From an uncultured Chloroflexia bacterium (GTDB lineage Bacteria; Chloroflexota; Chloroflexia; QHBQ01; JADMIH01): a stretch of DNA of 64,000 bases. Below the pieces are notes generated by a model. That model searched no databases and was not told where the DNA came from. It worked only from the letters and a program-made list of their open reading frames with translations. Position numbers and translations under genes: made by a program. The DNA is taken from NCBI GenBank assembly GCA_963797095.1, contig CAWCNY010000005.1, positions 681,507 through 745,506 of the forward strand, given 5' to 3'. Below, piece by piece: positions 40,652 to 49,675 of this stretch (its first letter is position 1; every line of letters starts with the position of its first letter).

Positions 40652-40896
40652 TGCTCATCTAGATTATAGGTTGGCACGTGGCTTATGTCAACGAGTGGGA
40701 AGTAGGAAAGGGGTACTAATCGCTTAAAGATTTTCGGCTGGTATGGTCTTGCACACAGGGCCGCAACTCATAGATGGGTGATTGCGTAAGTGATATGGAT
40801 GGGGGTTGCTTCCGTCCCAATTAAGCGGATTGCGGACGGAAGCACACTCCTTACGCTAATGATGGCACATACGCGCCGTAAGGCTTATAATCAGGG

Positions 40897-40952
40897 CGTG
40901 ATACGCGACTGGCGTGCTACGTGATACGTGCTGCGCTATACGTGCTGCGCTC
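40897..40952. repeat. 7-nt tandem repeat (GTGATAC/GTGCTAC family)
   Basis: About eight degenerate heptamers upstream of the UPF0182 gene. Confidence 0.7.
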
Positions 40953-40986
40953 GGTACTCTGGGTCCTAAAAGGGCGGTGTATTGTT

Positions 40987-43953
40987 ATGTCTACTAATAA
41001 TTCGGGGAACAACAGGCAAGGGCGATCCGGTAATAACAATTCTTCTACGGTGCGGATGATGCCCAATCGGCCATCGAGAAGGTGGCGAAGTTGGATCATA
41101 TGGATCGTCGTGGCGATCTTCGTACTGGCTATTTTGATCCCTTCGCTGCTGGCCGAGGCGATCACCGACTGGATGTGGTTCGGCAGCCAGGGGCTGGCCG
41201 ATGTGTACACGACTCGGCTGTGGCTCGCGTTGGGCGTATTCGTAGGAGGGCTGGCGCTGGGGCTGATATTCCTCCTTGTCAACTGGCTTGGTGCTCTCAG
41301 AGCCGTACAGCCGGGCACGCTATTCGAGGGGCAGCAGGAAGTGATACCGAGGGGCGCGGCGCGCTGGATCGCGATTAGCCTGGCGGTGGCGATTGCCTTC
41401 TTCATGGGGCTGGCGGCAGCCGATGAGTGGCCCAATATCCTCCTGTTCGTGAATGGCGGGCCGTTCGGGCAGACCGACCCCATCTTCGGCAACGATATAG
41501 GGTTTTATGTGTTTGAGTTGCCTTTCTTCCGCCTGCTGAGGGGGTGGGCGCTTGTACTGCTGATCCTGACAGCCATAGGCACGGTGATCATCTACGCGGT
41601 GGGGCATTCCCCGCAGTTCGTACGCCAGTTGAGCGAGCAGTTACCTAGGCAAGGCGGGCCAAGGCGTAGCACGATCAATTTGCAGGGCCTATCTTTCCGC
41701 CTTCCCCAATCGGCGAGTGTGCACCTGACGGTGCTGGGGGCGATCTTCCTGGCCCTGATCGGGATCGGCTACTGGTTCGACCGCTTCGATCTGCTCTATT
41801 CGGAGCACGATCTGGTCTACGGAGCAGATTATACTGATGTGAACGCGACGCTTCCGGCGCTCAATATTATGATGGTTATAGCAGGGGCGATGGTGATATT
41901 GCTGATCGCCAACCTGTGGGTAAGGACGTGGCGGCTGCTGGCGGGGGCGCTGGGGTTGTGGCTCATCGCGCTGATACTGGTCAAGGGCCTCTATCCGACC
42001 ATAATCCAGCAATTCGTTGTACAACCCAACCAGTCGCAACTTGAAACGCCCTATATAGAGAACAGCATCAAAGCCACGCGGCAGGCGTTCGGGTTGGACC
42101 AGTTCCATGAGCAGGAAGTGCCAGCAGTTTCTTCGATAACCAGGGAGCAGGTAAACGAAAACCCCAACATCACCAACAATATACGCCTGTGGGACTACCG
42201 GCCTTTGCTCGATACGTACAGCAAGTTGCAGGAGATAAGGACCTATTACTCACTGGATGACGTGGATATTGACCGTTACACCCTGGATGGGAAACAGAGG
42301 CAGGTAATGCTCTCGGCGCGTGAGCTTAACTCCAATGAATTGAGCGAAAACATCAGGACATGGGAGAATGTGCACTTCCGGTACACTCACGGCTACGGGG
42401 TGGTCATGTCAACGGTGAACGATATAGAGGGCGAGGGATTGCCTAACCTGCTGATCAAGGATATACCGCCCGTGGCAAGCGCGCCGGAGCTTCAAATCAC
42501 GCGCCCTGAGATCTATTACGGGGAGGAGACGGACGAGTACGTGTTCGTCAACTCAACAGATATCCAGGAGTTCGACTACCCGCTAGGCGATACCAACAAG
42601 TTCACCAGCTACAAGGGCAGCGGAGGGGTGGAAGTCAGCGATTTCTTCACCAAGCTGCTGTTCGCGGTGCGGTTCGGGGATGGCAATATCATGTTGTCGC
42701 CCTATATTACGCCTGGTACAAGAGTGCTCTATCACCGGAATATCTCCGAAATGCTGGAGCAGCTAGCGCCCTTCCTGAGGTATGAGGATGACCCTTACAT
42801 GGTGGTGGTGGATGGCAAACTGTACTGGATAGAGGACGCGCACACTTACACAGACCGCTATCCATATTCGACGCCTTTCAAGTACGGCGCGTTCGACACC
42901 GGTCTCAATTACATCCGCAACTCGGTGAAGGTGGTAATCGACGCCTATGAGGGCACCGCGACCTACTATGTGATCGATCCGACCGATCCGTTGATCAACG
43001 CTTACAGACGCATCTTCCCCGACCTGTTCAAGGATGCGAGCGAGATGCCCGCCGGAATCAGGGCGCACCTGCGATACCCGGAAGGGCTTATGGATATTCA
43101 GGCCCGGATGTACACAGTGTTCCACATGACCGACCCGCAGGTGTTCTACACGAAGGAAGACGTGTGGGCACTGCCATCGGACAGCGCGATAAACGCCAGT
43201 AACAGCAACGTGGTGATCCCCGAAGCATATTATGTCAATATACAACTGCCCGGCGAGCAAAAGGTGGACTTTATGCTGATCCAGTCGTTCACGCCCAATA
43301 CGAAAGACAATATGATCGCGTGGATGGCGGCGAAGAGCGACCCGCAGGACTACGGGCAGGTGGAGGTGATCAGGTATCCGAAACAGCAGCTCGTGTACGG
43401 GCCAAGCCAGATAGAAGCGCGCATCGACCAGAACACTACCATTTCGCAGCAATTATCGCTGTGGAACGGGAGCGGCTCGGAGGTGATCAGGGGGAACCTG
43501 CTGACGATTCCGATCTCGAACACGCTGTTGTATATAGAGCCGCTCTTCTTGAAGGCCACCACGCCAGGAAGCTTCCCGGAGCTAAAGCGAATCATTGTAG
43601 CGACCGGCAACAACGTGGGGATCGGGGATGACCTGGCGGAAGCGTTGGATGTGGCGTTCAATCTGAAAGCGCCTGAAGTAATCCCTGGCACGGGCGAGGC
43701 CACGCCAACACCGGCACCGGGGGTGACGCCGCAGCCTACAAGCCCGCAACCCACGCCTGGAGGGACCGTAACTGTGACCGGGCGCAGTGTGGAGGAGATA
43801 ACCCAGTCAGCCCTCGACCACTACAACCGCGCCCAGGAAGCGCTAAAGCGAGGCGATTGGACCACCTACGGGGAAGAGATCGACGCCATGAAAGCCGACC
43901 TCGATGAGTTAGCCCAGATCACAGGCGTGCCCGTCCCAACGGCAATTCCATAG
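40987..43953 (+). CDS. UPF0182-family membrane protein
   Basis: TDWMWF, DPIFGNDIGFYVFELP, NIRLWDYRP, YTHGYG, RPEIYYGE, NYIRNSVK, HLRYPE, VIRGNLL, AQEALKRGDW..YGE. Confidence 0.95.
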   Translation: MSTNNSGNNRQGRSGNNNSSTVRMMPNRPSRRWRSWIIWIVVAIFVLAILIPSLLAEAITDWMWFGSQGLADVYTTRLWLALGVFVGGLALGLIFLLVNWLGALRAVQPGTLFEGQQEVIPRGAARWIAISLAVAIAFFMGLAAADEWPNILLFVNGGPFGQTDPIFGNDIGFYVFELPFFRLLRGWALVLLILTAIGTVIIYAVGHSPQFVRQLSEQLPRQGGPRRSTINLQGLSFRLPQSASVHLTVLGAIFLALIGIGYWFDRFDLLYSEHDLVYGADYTDVNATLPALNIMMVIAGAMVILLIANLWVRTWRLLAGALGLWLIALILVKGLYPTIIQQFVVQPNQSQLETPYIENSIKATRQAFGLDQFHEQEVPAVSSITREQVNENPNITNNIRLWDYRPLLDTYSKLQEIRTYYSLDDVDIDRYTLDGKQRQVMLSARELNSNELSENIRTWENVHFRYTHGYGVVMSTVNDIEGEGLPNLLIKDIPPVASAPELQITRPEIYYGEETDEYVFVNSTDIQEFDYPLGDTNKFTSYKGSGGVEVSDFFTKLLFAVRFGDGNIMLSPYITPGTRVLYHRNISEMLEQLAPFLRYEDDPYMVVVDGKLYWIEDAHTYTDRYPYSTPFKYGAFDTGLNYIRNSVKVVIDAYEGTATYYVIDPTDPLINAYRRIFPDLFKDASEMPAGIRAHLRYPEGLMDIQARMYTVFHMTDPQVFYTKEDVWALPSDSAINASNSNVVIPEAYYVNIQLPGEQKVDFMLIQSFTPNTKDNMIAWMAAKSDPQDYGQVEVIRYPKQQLVYGPSQIEARIDQNTTISQQLSLWNGSGSEVIRGNLLTIPISNTLLYIEPLFLKATTPGSFPELKRIIVATGNNVGIGDDLAEALDVAFNLKAPEVIPGTGEATPTPAPGVTPQPTSPQPTPGGTVTVTGRSVEEITQSALDHYNRAQEALKRGDWTTYGEEIDAMKADLDELAQITGVPVPTAIP

Positions 43954-44204
43954 GTTGACAGGGCAAATCTATCCGACCCTAAGATCGAGCGCTACACAAG
44001 TCGTAGTCCCTACGGGACTTGGCACCACGGCTTTCCATCATTTTCCTAATATTCTGAGTGCCTTATGAATGTCCTCCCAACCACGCACCCTGAGGTTCAC
44101 GCCAAAAAACTGTACCAAAGTACATATATTCGATGGGAAATGTTATCGCACTAGCTTTGCAGGGATGGCTCCGCCCCCTGCCCACGATGGATCGTTAGCC
44201 ATAC

Positions 44205-44786
44205 TTAGCGGGAGGGGTTGCGCGTCAGTTGGCCCAGTCTACGGCCATGTTGCGAGTCCTCGATCAGCGTGGCGAGTCGCCGCTGCCTGGTGGCCTCTTG
44301 CCTGGCGCTCACAACCCAAAAGATCGCGGTGCGCCTGTAGCCCGGCGGCTGAGCCTGGAAGAACTCCCATGCTTCTCTGTTCGCTCGGAACTGAGCTTCA
44401 TACTCGCTACCAAGCTCATGCTTCTCTTGCTCAAACGAATAGATGCCCGATTTGTCTTCCCTGTGCTTATTGAAAGCTTCCATACCGGGCGGCTGCATCC
44501 GGCCCATCTCTTGAAGCTCGCCAACACGCTTGATGTTCACGTTGCTCCAGATGCTGTTGGGCTTGCGCGGTGTAAAGCGAATCGTGAAGCTCGATCCATC
44601 GAGCGACTTGCGGACGCCATCTATCCAGCCGAAGCAAAGCATCTGGTCCAACGCCTCAGGGTAGGTGATTCCACCCCGGCCTGAGGCTTTCTTGTAGAAA
44701 CCTACAATTAGCTCGCGGGCCGTGGCGTGATTCGCCTGTAGCCACTCGCGCAACTCGGAGGGTGTTTTGAAGAAGGTAGCTTCCAT
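44205..44786 (-). CDS. YdeI/OmpD-associated family protein
   Basis: LREWLQANH, CFGWIDG, FTPRKPNSIWS, AWEFF, ATRQRRL. Confidence 0.9.
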   Translation of the reverse strand: MEATFFKTPSELREWLQANHATARELIVGFYKKASGRGGITYPEALDQMLCFGWIDGVRKSLDGSSFTIRFTPRKPNSIWSNVNIKRVGELQEMGRMQPPGMEAFNKHREDKSGIYSFEQEKHELGSEYEAQFRANREAWEFFQAQPPGYRRTAIFWVVSARQEATRQRRLATLIEDSQHGRRLGQLTRNPSR

Positions 44787-44820
44787 GCGTTGGCAACTGG
44801 AAAAATCAAATTAGGTTTAG

Positions 44821-45651
44821 TTATCTCGCCTCTAACTCCTGCTTAGCGAAGCCTGCGCCAACATGCAGAGACCACGCATCGACCGGAGCGCTACGGCCTT
44901 TGAGATCAAGGAGGCGCGGCTCCAACCCCTCCACCGGTAGACCTGAGGCAGCCCGTGTGGCCTCAGTGAGCAATATCTCTCCGGCGGAGGAGGTGGCGGC
45001 AAGGCGAGCGGTCAGATTCACGTCATCTCCCAGGGCGGTAATATCGTTCACTCCAGCCGAGCCAACAGAGCCGACAAAGGCGTTGCCTGTGTGAATGCCG
45101 ACACCAACCGGAACCCAGGGATCACCTCTGTCTTCGTGCCCGGTAGCTTTCAGGATGCGGCGAGCCGCCCGCACAGCCGCCTCCGCGTGCGCGCTACCCG
45201 ACAGCACAGGCACAAAGAGCGCTATCACTTCATCGCCGATCAGCCGGTCGATCAAGGCATTCTCATCTATCAGGACATGAGTGACTGCATCATAGAAGCG
45301 GGCGATCAGAGCTGAAAACTGGGTGGTGCCAAGTCTTTCTGCAAGGGTGGTAGAACCGCGAATGTCGGCAAACAGTAATGTTAAAGGGACCTCGGCACCA
45401 CCTGGGGCTTCGCGCGCGTGGGTCTCGCAAACAGCGCAAATACGAGGATTCATCTTGGCCGGACCTCTGCCCATAAGCCGCATGACATAGCCCCCAGGCC
45501 CACGGAACGGTGCATAACACACTTTGCAGCGGGGTGAGGCCGGAAGGAGGCGGAATGCGCGCTGGGACCTGCGAAGGGTGGGATCCTCGCCCGTGAGAAA
45601 GGCCCGCCAATTTTCATTAATCTTGGCTTGCTCGTCAGACGGCTTGTCCAT
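44821..45651 (-). CDS. Class III nucleotidyl cyclase with N-terminal Cys4 motif
   Basis: LFADIRGST, LIGDEV, GVGIHTG, TALGDDVNLTARL, LKGR; CKVC...CAVC at the N-terminus. Confidence 0.88.
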   Translation of the reverse strand: MDKPSDEQAKINENWRAFLTGEDPTLRRSQRAFRLLPASPRCKVCYAPFRGPGGYVMRLMGRGPAKMNPRICAVCETHAREAPGGAEVPLTLLFADIRGSTTLAERLGTTQFSALIARFYDAVTHVLIDENALIDRLIGDEVIALFVPVLSGSAHAEAAVRAARRILKATGHEDRGDPWVPVGVGIHTGNAFVGSVGSAGVNDITALGDDVNLTARLAATSSAGEILLTEATRAASGLPVEGLEPRLLDLKGRSAPVDAWSLHVGAGFAKQELEAR

Positions 45652-45732
45652 AGCCCCTCTCCTTCCCGCCCTGTTTGCAAGTCTCAAATGAGAGTATGGC
45701 ACGGAGGGCATAACCTGTCAACACACCCTGTC

Positions 45733-45950
45733 TGAGATCCACTCATAACTGCCCACAGGCACGAATCACGCGTGCGACGCATCTTCCAAGTGGTCAGTTG
45801 AGGTGCCGACGGCAGCAATGGCCCACCATGCCAACCCTCATGCTGTGCGTGTTCAAGTTTGCCGGCAGGTGGTCTTGGGCAGTGTAACGCGCCCACTCGA
45901 CCTTCTGGATGCTCCCACCACGCACCGAGCCGGTTTATGAGTGGATCTCA
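45733..45950. mobile_element. MITE-like element (218 bp)
   Basis: Perfect 16-bp terminal IR TGAGATCCACTCATAA; ACCCTGT direct repeat on both flanks. Confidence 0.65.
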
Positions 45951-46049
45951 AACCCTGTAAGGCTGCGTTGTGTATAGAGGAAGGAACAAGATACACGTGG
46001 CAAACGTAAGATAAGGGTAAGGAGTTTTGTTACAATTAACACATAATGC

Positions 46050-46074
46050 GCAACCTCCGGTGCGCCGTCGCGTT
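46050..46074 (+). promoter_or_regulatory. Possible ECF-type (autoregulatory) promoter
   Basis: GCAAC-N16-CGTT upstream of the ECF sigma gene. Confidence 0.4.
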
Positions 46075-46108
46075 TTACCTGTAGAGGTTGTCCCGGAGGG
46101 ATAGAGTG

Positions 46109-46714
46109 TTGGCTGTGGCTATAGATGAAAAGGGCTGGGTGAGCCGGGCGCGGGAGGGCGACACCGCCGCGTTTGAGGCGATTTACAATCGCTACGAGCG
46201 CCGTATCTACGCCTTCGTTTACCGGCTGATGGGCAACGCAGAGGACGCCTACGACTTGACGCAGGATACGTTCGTCAAGGCGTACATGGCCTTGCCCCGC
46301 ATCTCTAGCGATGCCGACCTTAATCTATCAGCATGGCTGCACAGGATAGCTTCCAACGCCTGCATGGATGTGCTGAGGCGGCGAAAGCTGATCAGGTGGC
46401 TGCCCTGGGAAACGTTCGACACCAATCCCGCGATGGAGCCGGCGGCGGACGACGACCCGGTTGGCGAGTACAGCCAGGTGGAAACAACAGGTGAAGTGCA
46501 GGCTGTATTGAGCAAGCTGACAGCCAAGCACCGCATGGCGCTGGTGTTGAAGGAATACCAGGGGATGTCGTGCGACGAAATAGGAGAAGTGATGGGCGCG
46601 AGCAGGTCGGCGATCAAATCGCTGCTGTTTCGCGCCCGCGAGGAGTTCAGGCAGGTATACCTGGCGAAATATGGACACGCACCGGGGATGGAAGATGCGG
46701 TGAGGGATACGTAG
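46109..46714 (+). CDS. ECF RNA polymerase sigma factor
   Basis: GDTAAFEAIY, DAYDLTQDTF, AWLHRIASNAC, GMSCDEIGEV, IKSLLFRARE; start codon uncertain (46088/46106/46109). Confidence 0.92.
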   Translation: MAVAIDEKGWVSRAREGDTAAFEAIYNRYERRIYAFVYRLMGNAEDAYDLTQDTFVKAYMALPRISSDADLNLSAWLHRIASNACMDVLRRRKLIRWLPWETFDTNPAMEPAADDDPVGEYSQVETTGEVQAVLSKLTAKHRMALVLKEYQGMSCDEIGEVMGASRSAIKSLLFRAREEFRQVYLAKYGHAPGMEDAVRDT

Positions 46715-46761
46715 TGACGAGTGACGAGTGACGAGTGACGAGTGACGAGTGACAAGTGGCG
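46713..46761. repeat. 7-nt tandem repeat (AGTGACG family)
   Basis: Five exact AGTGACG copies plus degenerate units directly after the sigma stop codon. Confidence 0.9.
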
Positions 46762-46826
46762 ATGAAAGTAAGCAGTAAACAGTACGCAATTGTCACTCCT
46801 CACAAAGGTTCAAGGATAAGATTTAG

Positions 46827-48530
46827 ATGGATTGCACGGCCGTTCGACCACTAATTTCATACTACTACGATGGAGAGGCCACGCCGGAGGAAAGAGCGCA
46901 GGTCGAGCAGCACCTTGCTACCTGCGAGGATTGCAGGCGCGTGCTAGCGCAGTACCGCACGATAGGGAGCGATATACGTGAGTTGTCTATGCCGGTGCCC
47001 CCTGTTGGGCTGCACCGCGATGTGTGGCGCGCTATAGAAGCCCAGCAAGCAGGGGCGCGCCGCCCCGCCGCGCAACAGAACAAGGGTAAAGTAGTAGATT
47101 TTTCGACAGCGCAGAAGCAGAAGCGCCCCGCGCTCGTGACCACGCTTGCCAATGTTGGTGGAAGCTGGGCCAGGGCGCTACCAGCGGCTCTGCTGGTAGT
47201 CGCACTTGGGATAATGATCGCGGTGTTCATCTTTGTGCAGGGCAGAACGCCCAGCGACCTCGCCAAGCTGGTTGATGCGGGGCCTTTCAGCGATTACAAC
47301 TCTCAGCTTCAGGTGCTGTTCAGCAAGCAGGTTGTGCCGGGCGATGTTGAGAAATATACAAGCGTCAGCGTGGTCGATGGCGCAAGCCTGAACCATGTGA
47401 CAACCACCAATACGTTCCAGGGGCAGATATTGACCATGAAGCCGGAGTTCCCCTGGCAGGCAGGCGCGAAATATCAGGTGACGGTGGATGCAACAAAGAT
47501 ACGCCTGGCGGGTATCGGCTCGCCGTTGGATACGCAGGCGATTACGCTGGAGTTCAGCACGTTGGCATACACGCCCACGCCCACCGAAACGCCGGTGCCG
47601 CCAACCGCGACCGTTGTGCCAACCAATACGCCTGAGCCTACGCTGGAACCAACCCAGGCACCGGAGAACACACCGGAGCCGACGGCAGTCGCCTTCACGC
47701 CTACATCAGAGCCTGTAGTGGAGCCGAGCGCGGTAGTTACAGACACGCCGAAGCCAGCGCCAACGAACACACCCAGGCCTGCACCCACCGATACGCCCGT
47801 GCCACCCAAGCCAAGCGACACGCCCACCGAGGAGCCCACGGATACACCTGCGCCGGTTGTGCCCACGCCTACGGATACGCCCGTGGTGTCCGGAACGACC
47901 CTGCCAGGGGAACCGACCCCTTCGGCAACGCCTCAGCTGCCTACACCTACAGCTACGGCAGGACTTCCATGCAACATCATACCTGTGAACGGGTTCGGAA
48001 AGGTCTGGACCGAGAATGAGAGCGTGCGCAACCGGATAGGCTGCCCGGAGGAGGACGAGTACGCCATACTCGACGCGGCACAGGAGCGGTTCGAGGGCGG
48101 ATATATGTTCTGGCGGCAGGATACCAAGAAGATATACGTCTTCTTCGGCAACCCGAACACCGATACCTCCGGCACATGGGTCGAGTACGACGACACCTGG
48201 GTGGACGGCGAGCCCATGCCAACCGTCGAGCCTAACGATACACCCGGCGTGAGGGGCTCGGCCACACCGCCGGCAGGCAAGTACGCCCCGGTGCGAGGCT
48301 TCGGGAAGCTATGGTACTCGGATCCAGACCTGCGGGCCAGGTTAGGGTGGGCGCTGGAGCCTGAGCAGGCGGTGCAGGCAGCTTTCCAGACGTTCGAGCA
48401 CGGTTATGCACTGTGGACCGACAACAAGGTGATCCGGATCATGTACAAGGAGCAGACCATAGCGGAGAATATCTGGGAGCGCTTCACGGATACCTTCGCA
48501 ATGCCGACCCCAAGCGCCACACCGCACTAG
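46827..48530 (+). CDS. Zinc-finger (ZAS/zf-HC2) anti-sigma factor with large extracytoplasmic part
   Basis: HLATCEDC; one TM helix; Ig-like region; long PT-rich linker; C-terminal domain with two GFGKxW repeats. Confidence 0.85.
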   Translation: MDCTAVRPLISYYYDGEATPEERAQVEQHLATCEDCRRVLAQYRTIGSDIRELSMPVPPVGLHRDVWRAIEAQQAGARRPAAQQNKGKVVDFSTAQKQKRPALVTTLANVGGSWARALPAALLVVALGIMIAVFIFVQGRTPSDLAKLVDAGPFSDYNSQLQVLFSKQVVPGDVEKYTSVSVVDGASLNHVTTTNTFQGQILTMKPEFPWQAGAKYQVTVDATKIRLAGIGSPLDTQAITLEFSTLAYTPTPTETPVPPTATVVPTNTPEPTLEPTQAPENTPEPTAVAFTPTSEPVVEPSAVVTDTPKPAPTNTPRPAPTDTPVPPKPSDTPTEEPTDTPAPVVPTPTDTPVVSGTTLPGEPTPSATPQLPTPTATAGLPCNIIPVNGFGKVWTENESVRNRIGCPEEDEYAILDAAQERFEGGYMFWRQDTKKIYVFFGNPNTDTSGTWVEYDDTWVDGEPMPTVEPNDTPGVRGSATPPAGKYAPVRGFGKLWYSDPDLRARLGWALEPEQAVQAAFQTFEHGYALWTDNKVIRIMYKEQTIAENIWERFTDTFAMPTPSATPH

Positions 48531-48547
48531 CACTCGTAATCAACAAG

Positions 48548-48580
48548 AAACAGGCCGCCTTAATGTGTGGCCTGTTTTTT
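48548..48580. terminator. Terminator between convergent genes
   Basis: AAACAGGCCGC...GTGGCCTGTTTTTT. Confidence 0.75.
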
Positions 48581-48589
48581 GTTGATAAG

Positions 48590-49384
48590 CTAGAGACCAA
48601 CTTCGAGGCGGGAGATCAGGCGTGGGGGGAAGTTGAGGCGGCGCATTATCTCTTGCGTTTCGGCAATGGGATATTCGGTGCGCCAGAAGGTGAGACGGGC
48701 GGTCCAATCCCAATCGGCTGAGGTGGCCGAGTTGGGGATGTCAAGCACCATGTAGGCGGCGCGGGGGTCGCCGTCGCGAGGTTGGCCGACGCTGCCGGGG
48801 TTGACGATCATGCGGGGGCCGCCCGACATATCGGTCTGTTCCAGCTTGGGCCAGACGTTTAGATCGAGCGTCTCGCCCGGTTCAGGGATGGCCGCCTTCA
48901 CCACGCCTTCCATATCGCGAAAGATGAGCGGCACGTGGGTGTGGCCGACAAAACAGTAGCGCGAGTTGAAGAGGGGAAAGCACTCGGCTGCATCGAAGAG
49001 GTCGAGGAGATATTCCCACATGGGGTCGCGGGGAGAGGCATGGACCATTGTGAAGACCTGGCCGAAGGCCTTGAGCGTGACGGGGAGATTTTCTATGTAC
49101 TCGCGGTTATCTGGCGTGATGGTCATGGCGGTCCAGTCGAGGGTGAAGCGCGCATCACGATTGAACAACTCTTCATCGAGCCTGCCGAGCATACCCCAGT
49201 CGTGATTACCGGGAATGCAAAGGTGGGGGTACTGGCGGACGGCCTCGACGCACTCGTTAGGCTGAGGGCCATAGCCGACCAGGTCACCCAGGCACCATAG
49301 CGAGTCGACCTCGCCCATCTCTTCAAGGACGGTGCGCAAGGCCACGTAGTTGCCGTGCAGATCGGAGATTATGCCGATGCGCAC
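48590..49384 (-). CDS. Calcineurin-like metallophosphoesterase
   Basis: SDLHGN, LGDLVGYGP, GNHD, VHASP, GHTH, NPGSVGQPRDG. Confidence 0.92.
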   Translation of the reverse strand: MRIGIISDLHGNYVALRTVLEEMGEVDSLWCLGDLVGYGPQPNECVEAVRQYPHLCIPGNHDWGMLGRLDEELFNRDARFTLDWTAMTITPDNREYIENLPVTLKAFGQVFTMVHASPRDPMWEYLLDLFDAAECFPLFNSRYCFVGHTHVPLIFRDMEGVVKAAIPEPGETLDLNVWPKLEQTDMSGGPRMIVNPGSVGQPRDGDPRAAYMVLDIPNSATSADWDWTARLTFWRTEYPIAETQEIMRRLNFPPRLISRLEVGL

Positions 49385-49675
49385 GACATACCTCTGGTGC
49401 GGAATTTAGAGCACGAAGCATGGGATGTTGGTTGTATTTCACCGCAGAGGCGCAGAGTGCGCGAAGGCTTGCTTGAGGGTATTATCGGTCGTATGCGCAT
49501 CTGTGTAGGGTCAATCTCCTGTACAGCGGTGGTAGGACTCATTTGGTCTTCCATCCATTATACAGGTTCTGGATACCAGGCATATATAAAATACCCAATT
49601 ATCCCTGACCGAGGGCCTGTAGGGGCCGGCTCAGGTCGCTTGCCAACGGGTGTAGGGTGTGTTATAAGCGATCCA

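Noticed and set aside
43955-44200. Possible ncRNA after UPF0182 (TTGACA and a small hairpin)
   Set aside because: No convincing -10 box, terminator or known RNA motif.
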